From an uncultured Acidobacteriota bacterium (GTDB lineage Bacteria; Acidobacteriota; JAQAZP01): a DNA stretch of 64,000 nt. The notes beneath the pieces are model-generated. The model searched no databases. It was not told where the DNA came from and worked only from the letters and a program-made list of their open reading frames with translations. Below are positions 39,416 through 49,773 of the stretch, piece by piece. The stretch lies in contig CAWIIB010000009.1 in NCBI GenBank assembly GCA_963836075.1, positions 2,688,001 to 2,752,000 on the forward strand, read 5' to 3'. Both the position numbers and the translations under genes were made by a program. Positions within the stretch are counted from its first letter, which is position 1. Each line of letters opens with the position of its first letter.

Positions 39416-41266
39416 TCATCGAGATGTTGAGTTGTCAGAAGTAGCGTGGATTTCTTCCGGGGAGACCGGCCGGGCCAGCACCGTTTCGAACCTCTTCAGC
39501 GTCACCAGCCCGGGGGCCGCGCCCTTGGGCCGCTTCACCGACTTGCGCCGGGTCAGGTGCACGTCCACGCTCTTGCTCCTGCGGCCCCGGGAGTAGTGGG
39601 CGGCCAGTCCGGCGGCCTGCTGGAGGGTTCTCGGCGGCAGCTTGTCCAGGCGCCCCGGGTTGCGCACCACCACGTGGGAGCCGGGCATCCCCCCGGCATG
39701 AAGCCAGAAGTCTTCAGGGCCGGCCAGGCGGAAGGTCACCTGGTCATTGCCCCGGGCACTGCGGCCCACCAGGATCTCCATGCCGTCGGCGGACTTCAGA
39801 CGGATCACGCCGGCGATGGTCTGATCACCGCCGCCCTTGCGGCCCGCCTCTGTCCGTACCACCGGGGCCGAGATGAGCTTTGCCGACTGCGCTTCCTGCT
39901 CCACCGCCCGCAGCTCTTCCACGGTCTCGGCCAGCTCGGCGGCGGAGAGCAGCTCATCGATGAAGGCGCCTTCGAGACGGATCGGCTCCAGACGGGTCTG
40001 CACCGATTCGAGGCCGCGCTGGGACCGGCGGTAGCGGCGGAAAAAGGACTGGGCGTTCTGCACCAGGGTCATTTTGGGGTCCAGCTGGATCTTTACCTCG
40101 GGACTGCCGGGCTGGTAGAGGTCATTCACCGTGACGCTGTCCAGACCCCGTTTCTTCCGCCCGCCGGCAAAGGTGTCCAGCGCCGCGGTGAGCAGTTCCC
40201 CGTTGCGCCGCAACTCTTCGGCCGCGGAGAAACGGGTCTCGTCCTTCTCCAGCCGCTCCAGCAGCTTGAGATTCTTCTTGCCCGCCCGGCCCAGTTTGCG
40301 CACCAGGTCCCGGCGCAGCCGGTCCATCCCCGCCCGGGCCAGGATCTCCTCCCGGCAGCGGGCTGACGCTTCGGCCAGGGTGGGGAACGATTCACGCCGC
40401 CACTGGCCGGAGGAGCGGGAGGCCTCCAGCGGGATGGCGCAAGCCACCGGAAGCGCCGCGGTGGGGTCCTGCGGGCGATGCAGGTGGCCGGGGTGGCTGC
40501 CGGACGTGCGCAGTTCCTCCAGCTGGCCGAGAAAGTGGTCCCAGGTTTCCATCACTGCCGGCGGCGGCTGGCTGAGCAGCCGGGCGGCCAGCTCCGAGGC
40601 ATAGACCGGGCCGAACCCCTCCAGGGCGCTGATCAGCGAGCGGTAAAGGCCCATCCGGTCACTGGCTGGAGCAAATCGCTCCAGGGTGTTGCCCAGATAC
40701 TGCTCCACCCGGTCCCGCTGCTCCCCGCCGGGGCCGGCGGAAAAGGGATCGAACTTTTCCCGGCCCGGGGCCCTTTTGGGCGGGCTGTACGGTGACCCGG
40801 GGAGCAGGCGATTGGCCGGCTGGCGGTCCGAGCCGAGCACGTTGCCCTGCTGATCGATCAGGGCCAGCAGGGCGCTTTTACCGGTCAACTCCACCACCAG
40901 CGTGCTGGCGGCCCGGGCCCCGCCCGGCATGGTCTTCTCCGCGGCCAGGAGAAAGATCCGTTCCAGGCGCACCTTGCGCAGCGATGCCACCCGGGCCCCC
41001 TCCAGATACTTGCGCAGCAGCATCAGGAAAGGGGAGGGGGGGAGGTCCGGTTTTGGCCCGGACGGGCTCCGCTCGCCGCCCAGGGGCAGGAGGCAGGGGT
41101 AGAGCGGGCCGGGGGAGACCAGAAGCCACGGCGCGCCCGGCCCGTCCAGCCGGAACAGGATGCCTGCATGGTCCGGGGCCGGGGCCGGCGTGATCTTGCG
41201 GATCACGGCATTGCCGGCACTCTCGGAGAGTGGTTGCTGCAGGGCCAGAAGGTCGAAGTTTTCCAT
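39416..41266 (-). CDS. rqcH: RqcH/Rqc2 (FbpA/NFACT) ribosome quality control protein
   Basis: FLMLLRKYLEG, LERI, LVVELTG, IQLDP...QNAQSFF, VGRSARGND, WLHA..PGSHVV, PGLV. Confidence 0.88.
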   Translation of the reverse strand: MENFDLLALQQPLSESAGNAVIRKITPAPAPDHAGILFRLDGPGAPWLLVSPGPLYPCLLPLGGERSPSGPKPDLPPSPFLMLLRKYLEGARVASLRKVRLERIFLLAAEKTMPGGARAASTLVVELTGKSALLALIDQQGNVLGSDRQPANRLLPGSPYSPPKRAPGREKFDPFSAGPGGEQRDRVEQYLGNTLERFAPASDRMGLYRSLISALEGFGPVYASELAARLLSQPPPAVMETWDHFLGQLEELRTSGSHPGHLHRPQDPTAALPVACAIPLEASRSSGQWRRESFPTLAEASARCREEILARAGMDRLRRDLVRKLGRAGKKNLKLLERLEKDETRFSAAEELRRNGELLTAALDTFAGGRKKRGLDSVTVNDLYQPGSPEVKIQLDPKMTLVQNAQSFFRRYRRSQRGLESVQTRLEPIRLEGAFIDELLSAAELAETVEELRAVEQEAQSAKLISAPVVRTEAGRKGGGDQTIAGVIRLKSADGMEILVGRSARGNDQVTFRLAGPEDFWLHAGGMPGSHVVVRNPGRLDKLPPRTLQQAAGLAAHYSRGRRSKSVDVHLTRRKSVKRPKGAAPGLVTLKRFETVLARPVSPEEIHATSDNSTSR

Positions 41267-41279
41267 GGTGCGCTCCGGG

Positions 41280-42503
41280 TCAGGCCGGTCCCGTCCCGTC
41301 GAGGCGGGCCAGCAGCTGGTCGCGCCATCTGTTGTAGCTGTCCATCTGCTCTTCGGGGACCGAGGTGGCCGGCGGAAACTCCACGGTCAGCGGGTTGACC
41401 CAGCTGCCGTCGATCATGATCCGGTAGTCGCAGTGCGGCCCGCTGGCCAGGCCGGTCTGGCCGACGTAGCCGATGACCTGCCCCTGGCTCACCCGGGCTC
41501 CCTTGCTGATGCCCCTGGCAAAACGGGAGAAGTGGAGATAGGAGGTGGTGACCCGGCTGTTGTGACGGATCCGGACCATCCGGCCGCCGCCGCGGTCCCA
41601 GCCGGCCATGGTCACCGTCCCGTCGGCGGTGCTCATCACCGGCGTGCCGGTGGGCGCGGCGTAGTCCACCCCGTGGTGCGGCATCCGCCGGTGCAGCACC
41701 GGGTGGAGGCGCGAGCGGGAGTAGCGGGAACTGATGCGGGTGAAGGCCAGCGGGGCCTTGAGAAACTCCTTGCGCATCGACGTCCCTTCGGCATCGAAAT
41801 ACTCGGGGCCCATCTCGGCGTCCGCCTCGTAGCGAAACGCCAGGTGCTCCTTCCCGGCGCAGGCGAAGCTCACGGCAAGAATGGTGCACGCTGCGGTCTC
41901 CTCCGAGCCGAGGAGCTGTTTTTCCCTGAGCAGCAGGCGGAAGCTGTCCCCGGCCTGCAGGTCCCGCATGAAGTCCACGGCCCAGGAGAAGATGTCGACA
42001 AAGCTGCGGGCCCCTTCGGGCGGGATGCCCGCTTCCTCGGCCGCGGCAAAGAACGACCAGGTCACCTCCCCGGCGGCCACCCGCTCCACCCAGCGGAAGG
42101 GGTAGCTCCGTGTCACGGCCTGCCAGGCGCCGTCCGCTCCCTGCTGAGCCAGCAGGTAGTGCTGGTCGTCGATCTGAAAGGTCATGGCGCAGAGGGAGCC
42201 GTCCACCGTGGTCCAGAACTCGTAGCGCATGCCCGGTCTGATCCTGGTCAGGTCGAACAGTCCCTCCGTCGCCTCCAGCAACGGGGGGATGAGGACCGCG
42301 GGCAGCTCGTGAGCACCGAAAATGGCGGAGAGGGTCTGTCCACGCCGCACCTCGCCGCTGTGGGCCAGGCTGGACCGGGCGCCACCGGGGATCGGCATGG
42401 AGAGCACCGGTTCACCGTCCGCACCGCTGTCGGCAAAGGCCTGCGGCAGTCCCGGGAGGCACAGACAGAGGACGAGGAAAAGCGCGGCCGGGGTGCCGGG
42501 CAT
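41280..42503 (-). CDS. M23 family peptidoglycan DD-endopeptidase (MepM-like)
   Basis: HHGVDYAAPTGTPV, YLHFS, TGLASGPHCDY; N-terminal signal. Confidence 0.9.
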   Translation of the reverse strand: MPGTPAALFLVLCLCLPGLPQAFADSGADGEPVLSMPIPGGARSSLAHSGEVRRGQTLSAIFGAHELPAVLIPPLLEATEGLFDLTRIRPGMRYEFWTTVDGSLCAMTFQIDDQHYLLAQQGADGAWQAVTRSYPFRWVERVAAGEVTWSFFAAAEEAGIPPEGARSFVDIFSWAVDFMRDLQAGDSFRLLLREKQLLGSEETAACTILAVSFACAGKEHLAFRYEADAEMGPEYFDAEGTSMRKEFLKAPLAFTRISSRYSRSRLHPVLHRRMPHHGVDYAAPTGTPVMSTADGTVTMAGWDRGGGRMVRIRHNSRVTTSYLHFSRFARGISKGARVSQGQVIGYVGQTGLASGPHCDYRIMIDGSWVNPLTVEFPPATSVPEEQMDSYNRWRDQLLARLDGTGPA

Positions 42504-42555
42504 ACGGCATCGATGTGTGGTGGGGGTGGTCATCGGGGATGGGGCAGGGCGAGGG

Positions 42556-44591
42556 TCAATCGTCTTCGTCCTTCTCTTTATCGTCGTCCTCGTCCTCATC
42601 CTCGTCATCCTCATCGTCTTCGCAATCCCAGCGCACCTGGATCTCGTCCCGATTGATGCGTTTGGTTTCGATGCTGATGCACCGTTCCTGGTCGACCTTG
42701 AACCGCGCGTTGACGTGCACCGGATCGATGTCCTTGCCCGGCACGGTGACCTTGATCTCGAGGGGGTAGCGTCCCACCGGGACCTGGATGCCGAAATCCT
42801 TGAACACCGACCTTTTTACCATTTTCGAGGCCTTGCTCAGCATCCCCTTGAAGCCGCTCTTGGCCGTGCCGCCGCTGAAGTGCTGGCTGTAGATCTCGGT
42901 GCCGTTGGCACGGATGGTCAGCCGGCCGGCCTGGAAGCCGTGCTTGAAAACCACGTCGAGGTAGCCGAAATCCTGGGCGGTACCGGCAGCTGGAAGTTCG
43001 AGTCGGCCGGGGCGTCGTCGCCGGCTGTTTCCCCCGCAGGTTCGGCCTGCCGGGAGGTGCCGGCCGTGCCGCCCGCCGGGACCTGGCCCAGCTCTTCGGG
43101 CCGGGCCGGTTGCTGCTCCTTACTGGTGGCCTGCTGGCTTGTGGTGGCCGGCGGGTCCTGCCGCGGTGGTTTAGTGGTTACCAGCGGGGTTTCCTTCGGT
43201 GGTGCCACAACCCTGGGCGGCGTTGTCTGCTTTTTGGCGGGCTGTTCCACCACCTTGTCGGCCACGGCTTCGGGCTCCGCGCGGACCGGGGGCTTGCCGG
43301 CCGCCGCCGCGTGACGTTCTTCAGGCGGTTCAATGATCTCGGTGGCCGTGCCGGCTTCCGCCGCCTCCGGTTCGGCGGCCGCGGCCGTTTCTTCAGCGGG
43401 CGGCGTCTCGGCCTGGGCCAGCAGCATCTCGGGCGTGTCCGCGGACTGCTGTTCTGAAGACGTGTCATTCCGGTTGTTCCAGACCAGGTAGCTGACCAGG
43501 AAGACCACCACCACGGTGAGGGCGGCGGCAAACCCGATCAGGGTGGCGTGGCTCTTCGATTTCTTCACCGGAGCCGCCGCTGCCGGTGCAGCTGCCGCAG
43601 CCGCCGGCTGTGCCGGGGCGCTCACCGCCGAGGTGGCGGCGGTGGTGGATCCGCTGTCCGGGGCCACGGCCGGGGCGGCCAGGCTGGAGGTGTCGATGGT
43701 CTGGGCGGCCAGGGGCGCCTGGGGCGCCATCATGGCGGCGTCGACGCCGGCGTGGACGGTCGGCTGGCCCTGGAGCAGTTGCCGGAGGTCTTCGGCAAAC
43801 TGCCCGGCATCCTGGTAGCGGTCCGCGGGTGTCTTGGCCAGGCCTTTCATCAGGACCATGTCGAACCCGCCGGAGAGGCCGATGTTGAGCTTGGTGGCCG
43901 GCAACGGTTCCTGGTTGACGATCTTGTAGAGAATGGTGGTGATGTTGTTCCCGGAGAACGGCTTCTCCCGGGTCAGCAGCTGGTAGAAGACCACGGCCAG
44001 CGAGAAGAGGTCCGAACGGCCGTCGATCTGGCCGCCGGCGATCTGCTCCGGCGCCATGTAATACGGGGTGCCGAGGAACTGCCCGGTGCGGGTGAGGCTC
44101 GAGGACTCGATGCGGGCAATGCCGAAATCGGTAATCTTGACCAGGTTCTCCGGGGTGAGAATCACGTTGGCCGGCTTGATGTCCCGGTGGATGATGCCGT
44201 TGCGGTGGGCGTAGCCCAGGCCATCGGCAATCTGCACCACGACCTGCAGCGTTTCTTCAGGGGTAAAGATCCGGTCGCCGTCCAGCAGCTGCTGCAACGA
44301 CTGGCCTTCGATGAACTCCATGGCGATGAAGGAGATCTTCGCTTCGGGGTCTTCGTCAGCGTCGAAGATGGTGACGATGTTGGGGTGGGAGAGATTCCCC
44401 GCGGTCTGGGCTTCGCGGTAGAACCGTTCGTAGAATTCCTTCTGCTCATCCTTGCTCAGCGCGGTGCCGGGATGGATTGTCTTCAGGGCCACCACGCGTC
44501 CAATCCGCGGGTCCTTGCCCTTGTAGACGATACCCATGGCACCCTGGCCAAGTTCGCCAATGACCTCGTAGCGCCCGATCTTTTTCAGCAT
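42556..44591 (-). CDS. membrane Ser/Thr protein kinase with extracellular C-terminal domain (apparent frameshift near 42975)
   Basis: LGQGAMGIVY, VALK, HRDIKPAN, DFGIA, GTPYYMAPE; TM; Pro/Ala linker; ORF 42556..42954 continues after a 1-nt deletion. Confidence 0.88.
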
Positions 44592-44803
44592 GGGATGGTG
44601 TCCGAACGTTGGCGGCAGACTCTATCTGTCGGAACTGACAGAGTTTGCCGATAAGTTGGTCATAAACCGAACCTCGATTGATCGTACGACAAACCGAGCG
44701 GGAGTGTCAATTCCCCCTGCCGGCGTCCGGCGGCGGTTTCCCGCGGATGGAGCGATGACAATCGGATCGACGGGATCCGCATTTTTGCCAGGAGAAGGAA
44801 ATC

Positions 44804-45163
44804 ATGAAGAAGATGCTCTTGATCGCCGTGGTGGTTATTGGCGCCCTGCTGGCATACAACTTTGCCACCACCGGGGAGTTCACCCTGCTGCCCCGGGGCC
44901 CGCTCAGCGGGGAGGAACAGGAACTGCAGCGCCTGGAACGGGAGTTCGAGACGGCGGCCGCCGAGTTCAACCAGGCCCTGCGCTCCGCCGGGCTGGCCGG
45001 TCTGGACACCACCGGAGATGCCGACGCGGCGATGCGGGAGGTGGAGCGGATCGAGCGCAAGCTGGACCAGCTGCTGCAGCGCGTGGAGACGGAGGACGCC
45101 CGCAAGGCTGCCGAGCGGCTGCAGCTGCGGGTCAGGGAGTTCAAGCGCAAGGCCGGCGCCTGA
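44804..45163 (+). CDS. small exported or membrane-anchored helical protein
   Basis: AAGGA RBS; MKK plus hydrophobic stretch; coiled-coil-like. Confidence 0.75.
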   Translation: MKKMLLIAVVVIGALLAYNFATTGEFTLLPRGPLSGEEQELQRLEREFETAAAEFNQALRSAGLAGLDTTGDADAAMREVERIERKLDQLLQRVETEDARKAAERLQLRVREFKRKAGA

Positions 45164-45170
45164 GAATGCA

Positions 45171-48100
45171 CTACCGTTCTTCCGGCTCCTCGGCGATCAG
45201 CCGGGCCATGGCGCCCCGGCCGACGGACCAGAAGAGTGCCGGCCGGAGGATGAACTCGAAGAGCGTCGAAGTGATCAACCCGCCGATCACCACCGTGGCC
45301 ACCGGGTAGAGGATCTCCCGGCCCGTCTCGCCGGCGGCGAGGAGCAGCGGTGTCAGACCGGCCCCGGTGGTCAGTGCGGTCATCACCACCGGTGCGGCCC
45401 GTTCCCTTCCGGCACGAATCAGCAGCTCCGGGGTCAGGGGGACCCCTTCCACCTGGATCAGTTGCAGATAGTGGGCCACCAGCAGGATCCCGTTTCTCGC
45501 GGCGATACCGGCCAGGGAAACGAAGCCCACCAGGGCGGCCACGCTGAACGGCTGGCCGGTGGCCATGAGCAAGGCCAGGCCGCCGATGAAGGCAGCCGGC
45601 AGGCAGGCCAGGATCTGAAATGAAAGGTTGAGCGAACGGAACTGGCCATAGAGGATGAAGACCATCGCCGCCAGGCTGGCCAGCGAGAGTTGCAGGATCA
45701 AACGGGTGGCCCGCAACTGCGACTCGAACTGGCCTTCGAGGCGGATAAAGGTCCCCTCCGGCAATCCCGCTTCCACCGGCTTCATGGCCGCCCGGAGATC
45801 CGAGGCCACCTCGCCCAGTGAACGGCCCCCGACATTACAGCTCACCGCCACCCGCCGCAGCATGTTGTCGCGGGAAATCGAGTTTGGACCGGCGGATTCC
45901 TCCACCCGGGCCAGGTCGCCCAGCCGGGCCCAGCCGCCGCCGGGCAGGCTGATCGGGAGCCGGCGCAAGGTCTTGATCGAGTCGCGGTCCGGCTGCTGCA
46001 GACGGACGAAGAGGTCGAAGGAACGTTCGCCTTCCAGCAGGTTTCCCACCACGGCTCCGCCCACCGCGGTTTCCAGTTCGTGGGCCAGTTGGCCCGGGCT
46101 CAGACCAACCTCGGCCAGCCGTTCCCGGTTCATGCTCACGTGGAGCTGCGGCACCAGCACCTGGGGTTCGATGTAGAGATCGGTGACCCCGGGGACCGCG
46201 GCGGCCGCCTCGGCCATCTTGCGGGCCGTTTCGCGCAGCACATCGAGGTCGGTGCCCATGGCCTTAATGGCGATCTGGGCCTGGACGCCGCTGAGGATGT
46301 GGTCGATGCGGTGGGCCAGGGGCTGGCCGATGTTCAGGGCGATTCCCGGCACGTCGGCCAGCCGCTCCCGGACCCGCTCGATCATTTCTTCGCGGGAGAG
46401 GTCGTACTCCGGGTCGAGGGTCAGCAGAATGTGTGAGATGGTGACCGGGGCCGCGTGTTCGTCATGTTCCCCCCGGCCGGTGTAGCGGCCCACCGAAATG
46501 ACCCCGGGCATGCCCACCAGCCGCTGCTCCAGTTCGCCGGCCACCCGGTCCGATTCGTCCAGCGAAGTGCCCGGGGGCATAAAGCTCATAACCAGCGCCG
46601 TTCCCTCGTCAAAGGGGGGCAGGAACTCGGTGCCCAGGGTGAAGAGTGCGGCAAAGGCACTGAGGGCCAGGACGGTGAACAGAGCGATCACCAGTCCCCG
46701 CCGCCGCACCGACACTCCGATCAGCCGGCCGGAGACACGCTGCAGCAGCCGCAGAGCACGGGTCCGCCTGGCCTCGTGGAATTGGGGCCGATCGGCCACC
46801 CGGCGAAAGAGGAGCAGGGAGAGCACCGGGGTGACGGTGAGGGAGACCACCATCGAAGCGAGGAGCGAGACCACGTAGGCGATGGCCAGCGGGGTGAAGA
46901 GCCGGCCCTCGATGCCGGTGAGGGCGAAGAGCGGGATGAAGACCAGAATGACGATCAATGTTCCGCTGAAGATCGGCCCCCGGACTTCCGAAGAAGCGTC
47001 GGCCACCACCGAGGCCACCGATGGCCCTTTCGGCCCACGGAGGCGCAGGCGACGTACCACGTTCTCCACCCCGACGATGGCGTCGTCCACCAGTTCGCCC
47101 ACGGCGATGGCTATTCCACCAAGGGTCATGGTGTTGATGGTCAGCCCCATAAGATGGAAGACCAGCCCGGTGGCGGCCAGGGAGAGGGGCAGGGCGGCGA
47201 GGGTGATCATCGAGGCGCGAATGTTGGCCAGGAAGATCAGCAGGATGATGACCACCAGGATGGTGCCATCGCGGAGCGCTTCCACCACGTTGTCCACGCC
47301 CCGCTGGAGAAAGGTCGCCTGGCGAAAAAGGTCGCTGCGCAGTTCCGCACCCTGGGGAAGGGCCGAACGGATGGCCTCCACCTCATGGTCGATGGCCCTG
47401 GTCAGCGAGAGTGTGTTCACCCCCGGCTGCTTGAAGACCACCAGCATCACCCCGGGAATGCCGTCGATGGAGGCGGAGCCCCGCCGGAACTTTGGGCCCA
47501 CTTTCACAGTGGCCACATCTGCCACCCGTACCGGGCGCTGGCGCTCGGGCGCGACGATGACGTTTAACACATCCCGTATGCCGTGCAGCCGGCCCAGGTG
47601 GCGCACCAGAAACTCCGTGGTGCCCTGCACCAGGTACTGACCGCTGGTATTCCGGCTCGCGTCGGCCAGCGCGTCCTCCACCTGCTCCAGGCTCACTTCA
47701 TGACGGAGAAGCAGGTCCGGGTCGGCCAGCACCTGGTATTGCTTGCGCTCCCCGCCGATGATCACCACCTGGGCCACGCCGGGCACCGAGAGCAGCTGCC
47801 GCCGGACGACCCACTCGGCCAGGGTCTGCAGTTCCATGGAAGACAGGCTGCCGTCCGGGCTGTTCAGCCCGAGGTTGAGGATCTCGCCGGTGATCGAGGA
47901 AATCGGGGCCATTTCCGGATTCACCTCCGCCGGCAGGTCGGTCCGCACCAGCTGGAGCCGTTCCTGGACGATCTGGCGGTTGAGGTAGATGTCGGTGTGC
48001 CAGTCAAACTCGAGACGGACGATGGCGATGCCGTCCCCGGAAGTGGAGCGCATGCGGAGCAGCCCCTGAATGCCCCCCAGCGCCGATTCCAGGGGCAGGG

Positions 48101-48296
48101 TGACCAGTGTCTCCACCTCCTCCGGCGCCAGGCCGTGGGCTTCAGCCAGCACGGTCACCGTGGGCTGGTTCAGGTCGGGAAATATATCCACCGGCCGCTG
48201 GACCAGCTTCATCGCCCCCAGCCAGAGCATCACCCCGGCCAGGGTGAGCACCAGCAGGCGGTGGCGCAGCGAGCTGCGGATCAGGTAATCGAGCAT
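45171..48296 (-). CDS. czcA: heavy-metal RND efflux permease (CzcA/CusA family)
   Basis: VDIFPDL, NTMTLGGIAIAVGELVDDAIV.VEN, EGRLFTPLA, EFLPPFDEG, MTALTT. Confidence 0.9.
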   Translation of the reverse strand: MLDYLIRSSLRHRLLVLTLAGVMLWLGAMKLVQRPVDIFPDLNQPTVTVLAEAHGLAPEEVETLVTLPLESALGGIQGLLRMRSTSGDGIAIVRLEFDWHTDIYLNRQIVQERLQLVRTDLPAEVNPEMAPISSITGEILNLGLNSPDGSLSSMELQTLAEWVVRRQLLSVPGVAQVVIIGGERKQYQVLADPDLLLRHEVSLEQVEDALADASRNTSGQYLVQGTTEFLVRHLGRLHGIRDVLNVIVAPERQRPVRVADVATVKVGPKFRRGSASIDGIPGVMLVVFKQPGVNTLSLTRAIDHEVEAIRSALPQGAELRSDLFRQATFLQRGVDNVVEALRDGTILVVIILLIFLANIRASMITLAALPLSLAATGLVFHLMGLTINTMTLGGIAIAVGELVDDAIVGVENVVRRLRLRGPKGPSVASVVADASSEVRGPIFSGTLIVILVFIPLFALTGIEGRLFTPLAIAYVVSLLASMVVSLTVTPVLSLLLFRRVADRPQFHEARRTRALRLLQRVSGRLIGVSVRRRGLVIALFTVLALSAFAALFTLGTEFLPPFDEGTALVMSFMPPGTSLDESDRVAGELEQRLVGMPGVISVGRYTGRGEHDEHAAPVTISHILLTLDPEYDLSREEMIERVRERLADVPGIALNIGQPLAHRIDHILSGVQAQIAIKAMGTDLDVLRETARKMAEAAAAVPGVTDLYIEPQVLVPQLHVSMNRERLAEVGLSPGQLAHELETAVGGAVVGNLLEGERSFDLFVRLQQPDRDSIKTLRRLPISLPGGGWARLGDLARVEESAGPNSISRDNMLRRVAVSCNVGGRSLGEVASDLRAAMKPVEAGLPEGTFIRLEGQFESQLRATRLILQLSLASLAAMVFILYGQFRSLNLSFQILACLPAAFIGGLALLMATGQPFSVAALVGFVSLAGIAARNGILLVAHYLQLIQVEGVPLTPELLIRAGRERAAPVVMTALTTGAGLTPLLLAAGETGREILYPVATVVIGGLITSTLFEFILRPALFWSVGRGAMARLIAEEPEER

Positions 48297-48315
48297 CGTT
48301 TTCCTCGGCGTCAGT

Positions 48316-49773
48316 TCAGTGCTGGTGCCCGTGGTCGCTGCCGTCGGTTGCGGCGCCGCCCTCGCTCATCTCCTGCAGGGCCAGTTTCAGCTGCAGGGCG
48401 CCTTGCACCACCACTTCATCCCCATCGGCCAGACCGCAATCCAGCGGAAGAATTGCCAGGCCGGCATCAACCGACTCCACCGACACGAAGATGCGGTGAT
48501 ACTCGCCCCCCGTTTTACGGAAGACCGCGGTGCGTCCTGCTTCACGGACCAGGGCGCCATTGGGGATCACAAAGTTTCGTTCAATCTTGCCCGTGGCCAC
48601 CAGGATCTGCACCCGGGACCCGACGCGGTTTTCCCAGTCGAGATATCGGGCGCCGTCAACCGTCTTTTCCCAGAGCAGGTTATTGGGGAAGGGAACGAGG
48701 AAATGGGTCACCCGATTGACACCGTCCAGCGTTCCCTCCACAACGGCGATCCGCAGATCGGGAACCGTGCGGTCCTCGGCGGGGAAAAAGAGGGTCACCG
48801 GCAGATCTTCCCGGGCCGCGCGGCGTACGGCGGCCAGGTCGGCCTCGAAGGCCTCGCCAATGGCCATCAGCTGGTCCAGAGCCACCAGGGAGAAGATCGG
48901 GCTGCCGGCGGCCAGAGTCTCGCCCACCGCCACCGGTCGTTCGGACACCTCCATCTGGGGAGTGCCTGCCAGCCGGGGGGCAAAGACCTCGATCCTGGTG
49001 GACACCGCACCGTTTTCCTCCAGTTCGCGCAACTGGCGGTCGCTCAGTCCCACCACCTTCAGCGAGGCCAGGGATGCCTCCAGGGCGCTCTGGTGGGAAG
49101 CGGTCCGCGCCTCCAGGACCGCCAGGTCGGCTTCCACACGGCGGATCTCCACTTCCAGCGGGTCGTCCTGGGCCCGCAGCACCTCGAGGTAGGCCCTGGT
49201 GCGGTCCAATTCGGTTGTGGCGGCGAATATTTCAGCCCTTGTTTCCACCGCCCGCATCTGGAGCTGCCGTGCCTCCGGATCGACCAGCTCCAGCACCGCC
49301 ATGCGCTGGCCGGCGCGCACCGTGCTTTTCGGCGGCAGGTCGAGCGCCACCACTCGGACCATCGCCGGGGCGGACACTTCCACCTCCCGGTCGGGTGCCC
49401 GGGAGACGACCCCCGGGATCTTGATCGTGTCCGAGTAGAGGGTGGGGCTGACCCGCTCCACTCGTATGCCGTAGGCGGAAGAGCCGGACCGCTCCTCGTC
49501 ACGGTGATCGTATTCCCCGGCCGGGACGTCGGGGTGAGCGTGCCCATCATCTGCCGGTGGCTCGTGATCGTGACCATGGTCGTCGTCAGCCGGGTGCTCG
49601 TGGCCGTGGCCATCGTCCGCCGGCTGGTCGTTGTCCCCGTGGTCGTGGCCCTGGTCTGCGGTGTGATCGTGTTCATCGGCGATCTCTGCCGTGTTCTGGC
49701 CGCAGCCCGGGGGGAGCAGGGCCAGCAGTGCGATCCCGGTGAGGATGATCATCAGGTGAAGGATGCTTTTCAT
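48316..49773 (-). CDS. RND membrane fusion protein with His-rich N-terminus (CzcB-like)
   Basis: Lipoprotein-like signal (PGC), His/Asp repeats, helical hairpin, IPNGALV, GLADGDEVVVQGALQL, C-terminal DHGHQH. Confidence 0.85.
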   Translation of the reverse strand: MKSILHLMIILTGIALLALLPPGCGQNTAEIADEHDHTADQGHDHGDNDQPADDGHGHEHPADDDHGHDHEPPADDGHAHPDVPAGEYDHRDEERSGSSAYGIRVERVSPTLYSDTIKIPGVVSRAPDREVEVSAPAMVRVVALDLPPKSTVRAGQRMAVLELVDPEARQLQMRAVETRAEIFAATTELDRTRAYLEVLRAQDDPLEVEIRRVEADLAVLEARTASHQSALEASLASLKVVGLSDRQLRELEENGAVSTRIEVFAPRLAGTPQMEVSERPVAVGETLAAGSPIFSLVALDQLMAIGEAFEADLAAVRRAAREDLPVTLFFPAEDRTVPDLRIAVVEGTLDGVNRVTHFLVPFPNNLLWEKTVDGARYLDWENRVGSRVQILVATGKIERNFVIPNGALVREAGRTAVFRKTGGEYHRIFVSVESVDAGLAILPLDCGLADGDEVVVQGALQLKLALQEMSEGGAATDGSDHGHQH

